A stretch of 62,388 nucleotides of DNA, counting the filler, from Choristocarpus tenellus KU-1152 (Eukaryota > Protista > Phaeophyceae): assembly GCA_964200185.2 (NCBI GenBank). It is 7 parts of 7 records of this genome, joined end to end, with 100 filler letters (N's around TTAATTAATTAA, not from the genome) between each part and the next. Parts side by side here need not be neighbours in the genome. Positions count along the whole stretch, not along the records: positions 1 to 3,646 come from CAXNAD020018759.1; positions 3,747 to 19,750 come from CAXNAD020000890.1; 5 more parts are not named here. One strand, written 5' to 3'. The notes beneath the pieces are model-generated. The model was given only the letters and a program-made list of their open reading frames with translations, was not told the DNA's origin and made no database searches. The position numbers and the translations under genes were made by a program. Positions 1 through 13,300 of the stretch are shown here, one piece after another. The first letter of the stretch is position 1; each line of letters begins with the position of its first letter.

Positions 1-1072
1 CCGTACGAAATACTGCCTGCAGACCCGTCCTACTTCTACTATGAGGGCAGTCTGATTACACCCCCTTGCTCAGAGGTGAGAGCAATTTTTCGAGAATCCC
101 TCTGCGCCGGATTCTCACGCTTCTCTTCCTCTATTTAACTTGAGGAGGAACAAACAACAGCCTCACGTTGCCATACGTGTTTTTCCCGTAATTGTGTCTT
201 CTAGAGTGTAATAGATTACATGATACCAGTTGTTCCCATCATCTCACAAGCATATTTCTTCCAGTCCTCAAGTAGTTGTGAATTGGACTCATTTACCTCC
301 TCTCCAACCATTCACTGCCCCATTTCGTTATCTAGATTGTGTCGTGAACAGTGATGAAAGATGCCATGAAAGTCAGCAACCTCCAGATCCTGAACTTCCG
401 CCGATCTGTACAGCTTCATGGAGGATCTACTGTGAGTCAGAACAAGAGGTATGGTTTTTCTTCCTGTTAGAATTCTGCTGGACTCTAAGGTTAACCAAGG
501 TTGATTTACCCCTCTTCCCCCTCTTCATCTTCTAAATGCTAAAAAATGCACACTGTGTAATGCACGGCAGTGGATAAGGAGAAGACTCCACTGCACATGA
601 TAGAGTACTCTCAACATTGAACACATCCAGCATAGCTTTACATCTCTAAAGCTGTGTACTAAATGACCTTGCACTGATTGCTGGTTGGTAGGTTTGAACT
701 AAACATCTTGTAAACTCACTTGAAAAAGGAGGCAAGAGTCGAAAACGTTTACGTTGCCCCACCTTTCCATTCATAAATAACTTAAACCCCAAATTTCTCG
801 ACAGAATCTACTTCACTAGCAACTCTTTCAGATGGAGAACATCAAAACATTGATACTCTTGTACTCTAGATAGAGCTCTACTTAATGCTATCTGACTTCC
901 TTACCAAAAGCTGCAACGTGCAACGTACTCCTCCACATACATTTTTTTTCCTGTTTCATAGGTGAGCGAGTCAGGAAACACCAACCGCCCCACATAGGCA
1001 GTAAACGATCGCATCATCTAACTACGCGACTCCTTGAAGAGGGCTACGGTGGAGTGCAAACCCAGGAAGTGA
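1..1072 (+). pseudogene. Alpha-carbonic anhydrase, 3' three exons (1-75, 336-431, 962-~1072), disrupted by in-frame stops
   Basis: Spliced at GT-AG sites it reads PYEILPADPSYFYYEGSLITPPCSE|IVS*TVMKDAMKVSNLQILNF...|VSESGNTNRPT*AVNDRII*. This matches the alpha-CA motifs YxGSLTTPPCxE, VxWxV and NxRPxQxxNxR. TGA (345-347) sits at the conserved Trp and TAG (995-997) at the conserved Gln. A TAA follows at 1019-1021. Confidence 0.88.
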
Positions 1073-2769
1073 CGCTGGTGTTGCGGTTGTACCCTTTGAA
1101 ATTGATGTATGTACCTTGTAGTATGAAATTTATTATTAGATGAATAAATAGGATCTACGTCATGCTCGATCTTGATAATGAACAGGGTGTTGGAAAAATT
1201 GTCTATTGGCATGTTTTTTCAAGTCGAGGCTTGTTCCTGCTTTGATGAAGTTTGGAATACCCTATACTTAGGATATGTCCTTGGCACTTAGATTTATGTG
1301 AACTGTGTTATGATGTTGCAACAGTGGCCTGTTCGTTTACTTTTTTAGTTGAGAGTTGGTGTTGTTTTGATGAAGTGTGGAGTAGGAGATAATTCTCGTA
1401 GGTTTTTCACCTTGGGATTTGGTTATGAAGTAAGAAGGGTGTGCCAGCTGTCGTGGTTGGACTATCTGTCTGTCAATGACCTTGGTGTTTCAGCAATCTA
1501 AGGGCGTGGAGGAGAAGGCTTGTGCATACAATACACTAGGACATGCCTGTGGATAACGTATTTGCAGGTAGGCTCACGTTTGTAAAGAGGAATAGATTGT
1601 GAACCTTATGAAGCGCACAATGTGACTTCAATGTCTTAAAGTACGTTATCGGGAGACGAATGCATGATCGGTATATCAAGTGTGTCCGTAAAGCATCAAA
1701 TGTGTGCTGCATATAAAAGATCACACCTGTGAGAGAGCCATGGTGATAGAGCCATCTTCCAACTAAGGTATGCGTTCAAGGTTACCTACCTTCAAGAGTC
1801 TGTTGCTCGTATGACATATGCTTTTGTATGCTGAAGCTTACACCTGCTTGAAGTAAAAAGCGGGTGATTTGAGTGGACTTTTCAAACCTCCCGCATTCAC
1901 TTTTTTGCTTATTCACTCTTTCCTGAGTGATCTATTGAGGAATGTTGTCCCTCCTGCTTTGTCTCTCTCCATTCCCGTTCTGTAGTGCGTCTTCCCACTC
2001 CCCTTCAGTCTGAAGAAACCCGTCTGCCTGTTTCCATCTGTTTCACAGTGGTGACAACAGCAATCATTCTGAAGTCGGAGAGTAGTTTAACAGTAATTTT
2101 GGGGAAACTCTTAGTACATTACCTGTACTTTGAGCAACACACTTACCCTATATACTTATGCCACATCATTCTGACTGGCACATACATAGTTCGATCAAGG
2201 GGACAATGCAACACGTTCCACACAACAGAGAATCGTTTTTAGAGTCTCATGGTGGAAGAATTCAAAGACAACAAACCAGATGAATTCCTGCTACCAGCGT
2301 TCTACGACCAGAATCCTCTGTCGTTTGACGAAGTTATTCTGGAAGATGGAAGGAATTCTCTACTTCACAGATCATCCTTACGGAATCTTTGTGAACACCT
2401 ATTTCCGGGTGGTTGATCAACATATTGTCCAACAGTTGATGTTGGTGGAGAATTAACCCCCCCACTCAACAAATGGGTCTTCCCGTTACCCTACAGTCTG
2501 AAGCACATGTCGGCTTGATTGCATCCGTTTCACACACTACGACAGGACACGACAAATTCATTGCATTGTGGTGTGAATTTATTTTTGTTGTAAGAACAGT
2601 TACTCTTATAACATACACATACGCAAATTTTAGTTCTAATGTTGACTTTCTATGATCTCGAAATACAGCACGGCCAATACCAGTAATCATTAGAAAATAA
2701 TTGAAGAATACAGAAATGAAAAACGTTGATAGTAAGTAGGACAATGAACGAAGGTGTAGTGTCACACGT

Positions 2770-2920
2770 CTACATAAATGATGGGGAATTTTTTTTAATC
2801 CGGATTATAATTAATGAAAAAGAACTCTCCCGCATCAACAATGTCTGACCTCTTTGGCACAAGATCTCCATGGAAATATATGTACTGGATAGTTGAGGAA
2901 TAGGGTGACACATGAGTACG
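2770..2920 (-). mobile_element. Possible remnant of a hAT transposase C-terminal dimerisation domain
   Basis: PQLSSTYISMEILCQRGQTLLMRESSFSLIIIRIKK loosely fits the hAT pattern P.L...A..IL....S....ERSFS......K.R; short and degenerate. Confidence 0.25.
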
Positions 2921-3052
2921 AAAACAGATTGTAGCCTGTCCAACGTTGGGTCTCTGTTCTGCATTACGGTAATGTGGGACTCATCCAGAACCAGACCCGA
3001 GTAGGAGCCTCTTGCTCAGTACTGTACCATTCTAGAACAAGCTGGATATTTT

Positions 3053-3230
3053 GACTCAAAGTATCTGGGGGGGAATGGCGGCTGTACATTTGGGGCCCAT
3101 TTCTCCATTTCGCATTTTTTGGGTGATTTCGTTGCATGTGTCGGATGGATAATGTTAGTGCACCTTTCCTGGTCAGGCCCCAAATGGACACCCTGGTGTA
3201 GACCCCCCTGCCACCCCAGATACTTGATCC
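3053..3230. mobile_element. MITE family A (~180 bp), full copy
   Basis: Termini GACTCAAAGTATCTGGGG...CCCCAGATACTTGATCC; internal inverted pair TACATTTGGGGCC/GGCCCCAAATGGAC; opposite orientation to the 4283 copy. Confidence 0.85.
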
Positions 3231-3646
3231 TTTGTACCTTGTCATTCTCCCATTTCACTTCATAGGGATAGCCTACTCGCTCCTCTACCACTCTCACTGT
3301 GTGTCGGGGCTGGTATCTGGTCACGGTCCCTTGCATCTACTGATCGTCATTGAAAGTACAGTCCCCTACTGTCCTTGACTCTTCCATGTGTTGTCCATCG
3401 TTCAAATTTGACACAACCTTCAGTGACGGTTCTAGGAGGATGTATCCCTTGGTATCATTCTCCTCCTATCTATGCTTCACCTGGCCATCCATTTGCATGT
3501 GGCGTTGGATGACAAGCTCGGCTGTAGCTCCATCATGGTCTCTCTTCTCCTTCTCCCGTAGTTGTTCGACTCCCTCCTCGATATCTCCCTCTGTCATGTA
3601 CGACCTCAGCCCCGGCAGCAAGGAGTTCTCGCCATTCTCTACCCCT

Positions 3647-3746
3647 NNNNNNNNNNNNNNNNNNNNNNNNNNNNNNNNNNNNNNNNNNNNTTAATTAATT
3701 AANNNNNNNNNNNNNNNNNNNNNNNNNNNNNNNNNNNNNNNNNNNN
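3647..3746. other. Artificial contig spacer N44-TTAATTAATTAA-N44
   Basis: Identical 100-nt structure occurs six times; the 12-mer gives stops in all six frames. Confidence 0.97.
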
Positions 3747-3766
3747 CCCCCCAGATACTTTGGGTC
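3747..3766. mobile_element. MITE family A, terminal fragment at contig start
   Basis: CCCCCCAGATACTTTGGGTC is the family A terminal repeat. Confidence 0.75.
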
Positions 3767-4282
3767 GATGTTTGAATATTATTCGTTGTTGTGTTTCAAA
3801 AGTGGCTACTACTCTTTCCTAGGAAATTTGTTGTTTCTTGCAGGTGTCATAATTCAATCTTTGAGTCGATTCATGCGTGTGATCTGTTCTGCAAACCTCA
3901 ACCCTAACCCTAAACTTGTGACCCTACCCTAACCCATCCCGTCTATCTAATGTGCTTGTTAGATGGAGACTACAGTAACAATTCTTGTGATGGAAACTAT
4001 TACGGCATCCGATGGTCTGTTGGCAGCAGTCACAACAAGGTCTACGACAACATCATTAAAAACTCCACTCAATGTGAGAAGTTGTGTTGATTATGTTCGC
4101 AAGGCACCCCACTATTGCCTCTCCTATCCTTGAACTCTTTAATAACCCTAACCCTTGAACTCTTTAATAATAAGAGATGCAAAAAAAAAAGAATCGGTGT
4201 CTACACTTCTCTTCTAGGGGTCTTCCATGGAGTGTTTCGAATATAGACGTTGGTTGTGAACAGGGTAGTAGAACTGTTCTTT

Positions 4283-4495
4283 GACCCAAAGTATCTGGGG
4301 GGGGGAGGTCTACACCAGGGTGTCCGTTTGGACCAAAACCATGAAAAGTGTACTTTCATTATACGTCCGACGTATGCAACCAAATCACACAAAAATCGCG
4401 ACGTGAAAAAATTGACCCCAAATGGTCAGCCCCCCCCCCCCCCCCCCCAACAACACTAAAGGCTTTTACCCCCCCCTCCACAGATACTTTAAGCG
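4283..4495. mobile_element. MITE family A, full copy with expanded poly-C arm
   Basis: GACCCAAAGTATCTGGGGGG-GTCTACACCAGGGTGTCCGTTTGG ... CCCCAAATGGTCAG ... CAGATACTTT; internal sequence matches the copies at 3053, 37763 and 60373. Confidence 0.85.
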
Positions 4496-7400
4496 TTTAT
4501 CTCAGTTGAGAACATTGTAGATCAGGATTCGTATAGTCGTATGTTTTAATACAGTTAACAATAGTAATTCTGTGTCGGAATAGATCTTTTCCGGAAGGTA
4601 AGAATGGTGCTTGGGTCATACGTGAGAGATGCCAGTGTGTAGGCAACTCTTTGGAGTCATTGTGAAGTATGGTCTTTCTGGTTGTGCAAATCAACAAATC
4701 CCCTGCAACGGTATTACAAGTTGTGCATTGTGAAGTATGTCCTTCTTATGAGTAAGTCTTGTTCACGTTTTCAGCAGTTGCTGTAGTTAACTCCTGTGCA
4801 TTGTGAATTAGGTTCCTCTGGGTTATCTGCATCATTTGATAGAAGACCAATGCATGTGCACTCGTGGAGCACCTACCTCAGTCTGCATGTTTGTGTTTGT
4901 GCTCCAGGTGGTGCTGCCCTGCTGGGTCATATATTTTGCAGTGTAATGGGTAAACGCAGTGACTTTCACAAAGCTTTGATATTTTTATTTTTTTGAGAGG
5001 TAACAACACTTTTATGTCGCTTCCTCTCTCACTTTCCTAGAATGCCCTCTTCCTCTCCCTCCCCCTCCTTCACCCTTGATGCACTTAGTAGTGTATTAGG
5101 TCCCTTGTCCTATGACTATCAATAGCCAATACTTTTGCCAACTGTGTTTGCTGCTTTGCAGATGGTTTCTACTTCTATGAGGGGAGTGATCCGGCGGAAG
5201 CCAGTGATGGCAGGCCGTCTTTCAACAAGATCTACGATAATACTGTCATTACAGCTTCGGAGGGACTCAAGATGAGTGATAGTGACAACAACGAGTTTGT
5301 TGGAAATGTGAGTGACAGAACTGACCATTGTTCACTGCAATGAGTTGACAGTGTGGACATGGTATGATTGGAGTTGTTTGCTGCTGGGAGGCGTTCATGT
5401 TGTGGGATCGATGTAGAAGCATGTAGTACTGTCATTATGGAGACCTCAACTTTGACTATGCTAAATACATGGGATGTAATAGAACGTGGATTGGCCATTG
5501 ATTTTTTTTGTTAGTTTGTACTAATGCTAAGCTGGTTGGGTTAGGGTTAGGATTAGGGTTTGCTCATCCCGCAATACGATGGTTGAGATTTCGTATGTGT
5601 TGTCTATGTAACATCTCATGTCCAGGGCAACGATTAGACAGATCTTGAGTAGACTAACTATATGTTCTGTCTAGTTGTCGGAGGTGTTTTTTGGTGCTTG
5701 TCAAAGTGTATGCAAAACATTGAGGCTGAGGTATGTGTGTAGCAGAGAGGGTGTTGGTAGTATGTATGTCAGGCAGGTGTTGCAGCAAAGAGTGTGTGTG
5801 CTGCATGTGGCAGGATGGGTGAAACAGAAGAACCATGGAAGAGGTTTTTTGGGAGAGGGGTGAGGGCAGTGGACATGGTGTCCGTGTTGTGAAGCCGTGT
5901 TGAACCGTTTTGTGGGGCATCCTACACATTGGATGTATGACATCATGTCTTATCTAAAGTAGGCTTTCTGTTTTAACACAGGTATACTACAACTCTCCCT
6001 TGAAGGTTGGTAATTCATGAGGAGTAGATGCGCCGTGACATAGCAGGTTAGGGTTAGGGTTAGGGTTAATGTATGATATCATGTACTGTAGGGAGATAGT
6101 GCCAAAAATGCTATGATATTCATAACAGATATTTGTAATCTATAACCTATAATTTTGCTCTGTGGAGGTGTTCTTTTGTTACTCTCCTCCCCCGCCTTAC
6201 TGAAAAAAAATATATATTATTTCCTGTTTTTTTCTTTTGGCAGTTTTTCTCGGATACCACTGACATTCGCATGACCAATTGCGAGGAGGTCCTCTGGAAG
6301 GTGAAGCAACAGCCATTGTGTAGAGTGTAGTATTGTGTCTTCTGTGTGTTCAAATATTTTTCGAGGGCATGTATGACTGCAGCCCCAGTATTTTTCATGC
6401 CTTCGTGTACGTGATAAGCTTTGGTAATGTTAGCCTTTGGTTGCAACATGATCATTTATGGGGAATGTTTTGCCTTCACTGCACCAACCCGCCGCTGCTG
6501 AGCTGTTCATATTGGTGTACGTTGGTTCTGGAATGATGCCTTAGTATTCACAGAAATGTAGATGAATGTGTCCTGTTTTCAGTAAGTTGGTTGTAGGGAT
6601 AGATACTCCACTTGCGTCTATTTTTATTTTATTTTGCTCATGTGTTTCTGAGTATGTATGCATGCGCTCTTAATGTGTGGTTTGCTTTTGTACCTGGTGT
6701 AGAAATAAATAAATGAATGATGCATAGTTTCCTCATTTCTGGAATTGTTAAACCATTTTGCTGATTTGATGTGGGACTATCTGCGGCCTTGTAGCATGGT
6801 AGCTTTTGTGGAGGCTGTGTCTCTTTAGTATGATTTAATCTCTGAATGCGCTTGCATCTTTACCTTACATCAATCTCTATCCCCTTTGGTGTACATCTTG
6901 GCAACATAATCAGGATAACACGTTGGAAGGGACTGTTGACTTCTCTCTTTCTGGGTCCTGCTTTGCGGCAGGGTCAGACCTTCTGCAAGCAGGTGGTGTG
7001 GTGTGTTGAGTGACACCCTCATCAATTTCTCCCTGTTGACCCTTGATGGAAATTTGAATCGTCCCCGAAGTTTTGTGAATCTCTAGAGACAGTTTTGATA
7101 GGGGGAGGTAGATTGAACCTGCCGGTGGATGATGTGCATGTTGTATATCCTAGTGGTGCTGACTATAAAGGTCTTTTTGAGTAACCCATGTGCCCGTCAT
7201 ACAGATGTTTTGACAGTGGTGCGGACTGGGATGCTGTGGTTGCTGGGAGGTTCCCTTCGAAGTTGCTTCCTTTTGATGCCTGCTTGTTGCAGGACTTCAC
7301 CTAATCACATTAATAGTCTGGGTCACCTCTGCCCATCTTGATCTTGTGCTTTTTTTCTAGTTTGAGATTTGTTGTTGTTGTTGGGGAGTCCTATGAGAGG

Positions 7401-8799
7401 AGCGGGTGGTGGAGATGGTGTGTTTAGGCAAAGTTTGGGGAAGAAGTGTTGACTTCCGGTGGCTAGATTATATGTGATGTTTGCTAGTTTTTCATTTTTT
7501 GGGGTAATTGTAAGAAAAAAAGGCATGAGGTGACTGACTAGCTGCGTACGTACAGAATGGTGAAATATATTTTTGAAAAAGTGAGGAGTTGATAGCAGCA
7601 GCATAAGTTGACTACAAACACCGTAAGAAGTCATATATTTTTTTTTAGGAAGATGAGTATTATTGTTAGCATCAGGTAAACTTGATGGTATAAGCAGGGG
7701 TTCTTTTACTTGAACAGGGAAACTGTTGTTGTTTCTTGCTTCGTCATGTTCCAATTACTTGGACAGTCTTACTTTTTGGTGCTCTTCAGGTAGTGGATGG
7801 AGTGGCAACTGTGATCGTGGATAAGATACTCTTGTTTACCCTAGTGAGTATTGATGTGCTTGTAAAGTTGTTACATTTTACATGGTGGTCGTCATGTCTG
7901 ACTTATACAGCCACCCTTGGTACCAGAGGTGAAACAAAGGCATGTCTTACCTACCACCTATGCATTGCGTAGTAATAGTGGTACAAGAATTGTAATGAGT
8001 ATGCATGTGAAGGTTTAACAGCAATAATCAATGGAACAGAATGTCGGAAAGTGGACCCAACTAAAGGCGAAGAAGCCAAACTCTCTTGTCCTAATGTGTT
8101 GCATCATGTACTATTACTCTGGAATATTCCGCACTATATTTCTTGTTCTATCCAACCATGAATTGATTCACCACTCACAACACTTATCTTTTTGTTCTTA
8201 TGCATTACTATTACAGACAAAATGTTGTTTTCTGAGCAGGCAATAATATCATCTAAGGCAAAGCAGAAGTAGGAAGTTCAGGTGTTCTGCCCATCCCAAA
8301 GTAAATGTAGTGTATGGACTGGATCTTACCTCACCCCATTGAAAAAGTAGACAGATTCAGATGTATGCACACACAATGTGAATCACATGTGTGTGTCCAT
8401 GTGACTGTAAAAATGGTAAGTGGATTTAGGGAGTTGATTGTAACCATGATACACCCGTTTTGGTGTATGGTGAACAAGTTGTAAGACTGGGAAAAGTACA
8501 CTTTTATTATATTGATATTTTCAATTCAACCTTCGGAGTGTGGGGGAATCTTGTGCATGTCTTGACCAAGAATGAAAATAGAACCAATGTCGCATGGCCA
8601 CACTAGCCTTCAGCCAGTCAAATGTATGTGCCAAATATGTTTTATAATAGATTTAATGCCTTGTAGTATGTACATAGACAAGCCTAATTAACTTGAAACA
8701 TGAATTGTACTCATGGGTAGTAGGTACTGGAAGTAGTAGGTAGCACCATGTATCATATACACAGTTGGGTCAAGCAATACTGTTCCTTATTTCAATGAA

Positions 8800-9660
8800 T
8801 CATCAATACAATTTGCCCATCAACCATGCTATCTATATCAGATTGTGTGCGCTTTGCAATCAATCAAAAATAGCTAACAGAGTGAAGCAACAGAACTGAT
8901 GCAGGTGGAGAAAGAAAAAAAGGTTGACGCCCTCAAAAAAGTGATTATAGACCCCAAAAAATTGGGGCTGCACAAGAAGTGAAATGCTTCCCCACTTACA
9001 AGGGTTAACTCTGTCTCCATCCAATTTCTACCTGTGCCCTGACACACTGTCTCTGAGAATATGGAGAAGCATGTAACTGGAATAAGCTAACATGTACTAT
9101 AGATGAAAAAAAGATAAATTTATATCTTTTACATAGAATATGCAATTATACATAGTGTACAGTATACAGTCTTGGAAAGGAAGGACATGACAAAATAAGC
9201 AAGGCACTTTGCAGGATCAATCCACCTAGAGCAATCAATGAAAGGTGAGCTAACAATCGATCCTTCTACAATCAAGTAAGTCCCTTAATGATATTCCTTG
9301 TAGTGATGATGCCCTGAAGCAAAGGAGGTTGTTGACATCATGCACACATATGATGTAGTAGTAGTGCCTATGTATGACCAATTTCCATCACTTGACTCAA
9401 AAACCATGTAGAAGAACTTGCATGCTGTACACTCATTGAAACGACAGGAACTGCATCCTACTAGACAAATCAGAAACCAGCATCCCTCCAAAACCTTGCA
9501 AAACATACTGTAACCAGGTGTTGACTGACTCATATCCTCATTGAAACAACTAGACTTCCTCCTTCCACTTCACAAGTCCAAGATCAGGACCAAAGCTTCT
9601 GTGAGGGTATTTCTTGAGAGCAGCGCCAGATCTTTAAAAACGGTGATAGGCTCCATCTTG
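8800..9660 (-). mobile_element. Decayed DDE transposase, Sola/DUF7869-like
   Basis: Ordered fragments FNEDMSQSTPGYSMFCKV...RFNECTACKFF (F..C..C motif), QGTGRNWMETELTL and F*LIAKRTQSDIDSM at 8821-8870 (cf. FLxxGHTHxDIDxxF). Multiple stops and frameshifts. Confidence 0.45.
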
Positions 9661-10371
9661 GGCTTCACGATACGTTACCCACAGGACTCGCATCTAATCA
9701 ATAAATGTAATCAATAAATGTTTTTGGAACAATGAAAAAAGTCATGGTTAGTTGGACTGGAGGCTTTGGGTACGATTCATTTCAGGTACTAATATGTACA
9801 ATTTAGGCACGTGAGGGGGCTATATACTATACTGGCATGACCAAAGAGACATGATGAAGTCTTACCACCAGCATTTTAGAAAGGGGTGTTGTTTTGCCCT
9901 GATTGCACTCTAATATTCAAAATTCCTGATTCACCTCAGCACAACAACAAACACAACTAGGCCATCATCAGTGTCTTGAATGGTTACAATGGGCCACACA
10001 GTACCCCATGGGTTCAACTTGGACACACAGTACTCCATGGGTTCAACTTGGACACCACGGAGTGCAGCAATAAGCCATAAAAAACAATAAAAAAATTAAA
10101 CAGTTCCATTTTGACACGCCATTAACTTTCTGTTGTTCAGGGTAAAACACGCACAAGCACATGGAAACCTCCATCAAACAGCCCAAGGAAAATAGCAGTT
10201 ACACTACCTTTCTTTCGATGATAACAATCTGACATCACGCTTGACATCATTGTACTAAAGAAATTGACACTTACTCTCATGCTAACAACACTTTATGAAA
10301 AGAACTGCAGCACCCTCTTGATTCCTCACGTCTATATTCTCAACAACCAAAAGATGGTTCAAGACTGACAC

Positions 10372-13300
10372 TCAAAGTGACGTTGCACTAGCGACTAAAT
10401 TCCAGGTCTGTTCACCAACCTGCAGGAGGAGTATTGTCCACTGGGACACAATCTTGAGCCAAACACTCTCCATAGGCACCGAGCTGGTGCTATACCCCTC
10501 TGGCTCCCTGTGCAACAAGAGAGGAGAGATGGAGATAGGGATGTTCTACATTCAACTCACGAGGCGGCTCATGGGGGTGCAGATGATGTTGCCAGGTGTA
10601 GTCACACTTGTAGCCCATTTTTCTCACGTCTAACCCTAACCCTTTTATTGTACAGCTTCAAATTATGTACTACAATTTCTTAATCCCAACCCTAACCCCT
10701 CCAACCATCGTCTAGGACAAAAAGTCTCTCTATATTATTCCACTACAACTCCAACATCTTCCCACAAATATATATATATATTTTTAAACAAGGAGAGTCT
10801 CCCTGTTTAAATCGGTGTGAGGTAAAAGTGATTGCTATAATCAGCAAAATGCAATGAACAATTGTACACCCAAGTATAAAAACAGTACATTTTGAACCGC
10901 AGGATTCTTAATAATAAATAAAAAAACCCGGCGAACTACCATCAAGAAAAACAAAACATCCAAAAACATTGTCTCGATAGTGTGGCCTAATCAAGAGTCA
11001 TGCCAATAGAGGTGCAACCTTTGGCTGTTTTACACCATATACCTTGCCGATTAAACCCCTGAGCAATACGCATTCTACGTGCAGAAGGGAAGCCCCCTAA
11101 AATGAAGGTGTCACTGCAGGTAAGAGGACGACAAAATAATCCACCTCAATTGACCAAAGGCCTCTTTTGCAGTGAACAAAAGGGTTTGTTTTTTGGCGAT
11201 TTCTGTTGATCCTTGATCCTTACAATGAAAGTCATGCGTACCTCTCGGCTAATCTAACTCCAAACCTACACATAGAGCCACACCCGCTCTCTCACCCATC
11301 AGTTTGTGCCCAAGAAGTCATGGCCATTGCAGCGAATGCACTGGCAAACAGCATCACGAGGCTGTAGAACACTCTAGAAGAACCCCCTTCAGATCCAGAT
11401 TCATCTTCCCCCTGCCTCACACAAATATGAGTGTTGGTCTCTTAAATTAAAAAAATTTAAATGTTGACTAAATATACCAAAAAAAGAGTACATTAGAACA
11501 GAGTGATACCCCAACACACAAGGCATTTAATCCACCATCACACAGAACATCAGGCAGGCCAGTCGACACAAAGGACTGCATACTGCTGAGGCACAAAGGC
11601 TGGTCAGCACCAGGACAGTTTGTAAAAAGTATGATGTTTATGTTCCAGTGGCCATTATATTACATTTGCAAGGTTTGGGGTGAGAAAATATAAACAAGTG
11701 TATGAAACCCTTACATAGATACATACATACATACTCTATAATAAGAACAATTAGAACACCATTCGCAGAAACAAACAGATCAAAACAGTAACAAAACAGT
11801 ACCACTTTCAATACACCCTTTTCACACTCACCACTACCTACTACAGGAATATAACTCTTATCAAAACACACATACACACAGATGTTTCTTAGACAAGCAA
11901 AGTAGTACACACCTCATCCTTAGAAGAGCGATCCAGTGTGACAGAAGTCATGAGTGAAGATTCATCCGTGCCAAAGAGACTCAGCATCTGCCACCAGCAC
12001 AGATACACAAAGAGACAATACAGCAGTATTTAAAACAAAAACTTGACTGAGATTACAAGAGAATTTTCCTATGGTTTGCTTGGCGTATCTCGTTGGGAAC
12101 ATACCCTACTAACCCTAACCCTAACCCTACAGGATATCAAAACACATCAGATCTTGATATTGAGCTACATAAAAATAAAAAAGATTGCATCAATTTTAAT
12201 GCAGAAAAAATCTCGACAGTCTGGGCTTTGGGACCCCAAAGATTCTTCCAACATTTGACACATACCCACCAGCCTAGGTTATACTAACACGCAAAAGACT
12301 GAATCCATCTCCCACTAATGTAAAAAATAAAATCAAACAGCATCAGTACATTTTGCATTTTCTGATAACAAAGAAAATGTAACCTACTTTTTTTATTATT
12401 ATTATTACATTATTTCTTGCTTGCTTTCACTCCCTCCCCCCACCCATCCCATCTGTACCTTTTCCCCATGCCAGGCACACCACCCCACGGTGAATGTTAA
12501 AAGGACCAGAGCAATCCACATGGCCAGCTGCTTGTGCTCGCCATCACTCAGGTCCTCAGTTGCATAGGGATTGCACTGTGCCTCCGGGTAACTGAGAAGA
12601 CTGTACCAACACAAAAATACACTGTACACCAAGACAAGTTAAGTTACCTTAAGCTAAGCTAACATGGGAAAACGAACCACACCCAGATAAAATAATAAAA
12701 TAAAATAAAAAAACATGTAGGATAGAGTGTAGGGCATCGGGGTGTAGGGGTGGAGACTTTTGACAGTCTACCATCAATATACTTCTCAATATCCCTAGTT
12801 CACCTTTCTTTTTGGAAGCAATCAAGCATTTTTTATTTCCTTGAACACCTTGCAGTTCCAATGTAGCAACGCCATTGCCTCCTTACACCTCAAAACACCA
12901 CTTACCAAACCCCCCTCTCTCATGAATATCACAGCAACACTTCACTACGGACCTTGATTTAAAATAATATATCAATATCAACTCAAATAATCACAGAACT
13001 AATGCTTAGTGGGGGGTTTTCAATACAGTGTTCAAGGAAGAAGGGGCCTGGTAGTAAGGAGGCCGTGACACTGGTACATAGGGAGCACAAGGCACTAAGT
13101 GAATATATATACATATCTCATCAAATGAACCAACTTCAAAATATATGTTTTAATTACAATCAACACAGCAGTCACTACAGTTACAATATCCAACTCTCTA
13201 TGTCAACGCCTTCCTGAACAGGGAAAACTGTCCCTCGCATTCTTGCGGTCACAGTTGTCTATCAGACCCAACAGCAACTGTGACAAAATAAAATCCCTAG

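Noticed and set aside
336-1021. Stop-codon reassignment (TGA=Trp, TAG=Gln) suggested by the carbonic anhydrase
   Set aside because: Intact genes in the window use TGG and CAG normally, have no internal stops and end in TAG (Popeye, Sec23/24) or TGA (CcmS-like); pseudogenisation is simpler.
3691-3702. TTAATTAATTAA as a biological motif or piggyBac target
   Set aside because: Always centred in 44+44 Ns; it is an assembly linker.
9552-9632. KKYPHRSFG as the SERINC terminal exon
   Set aside because: Out of frame with the available acceptor and lies within the region better explained as a transposase relic.
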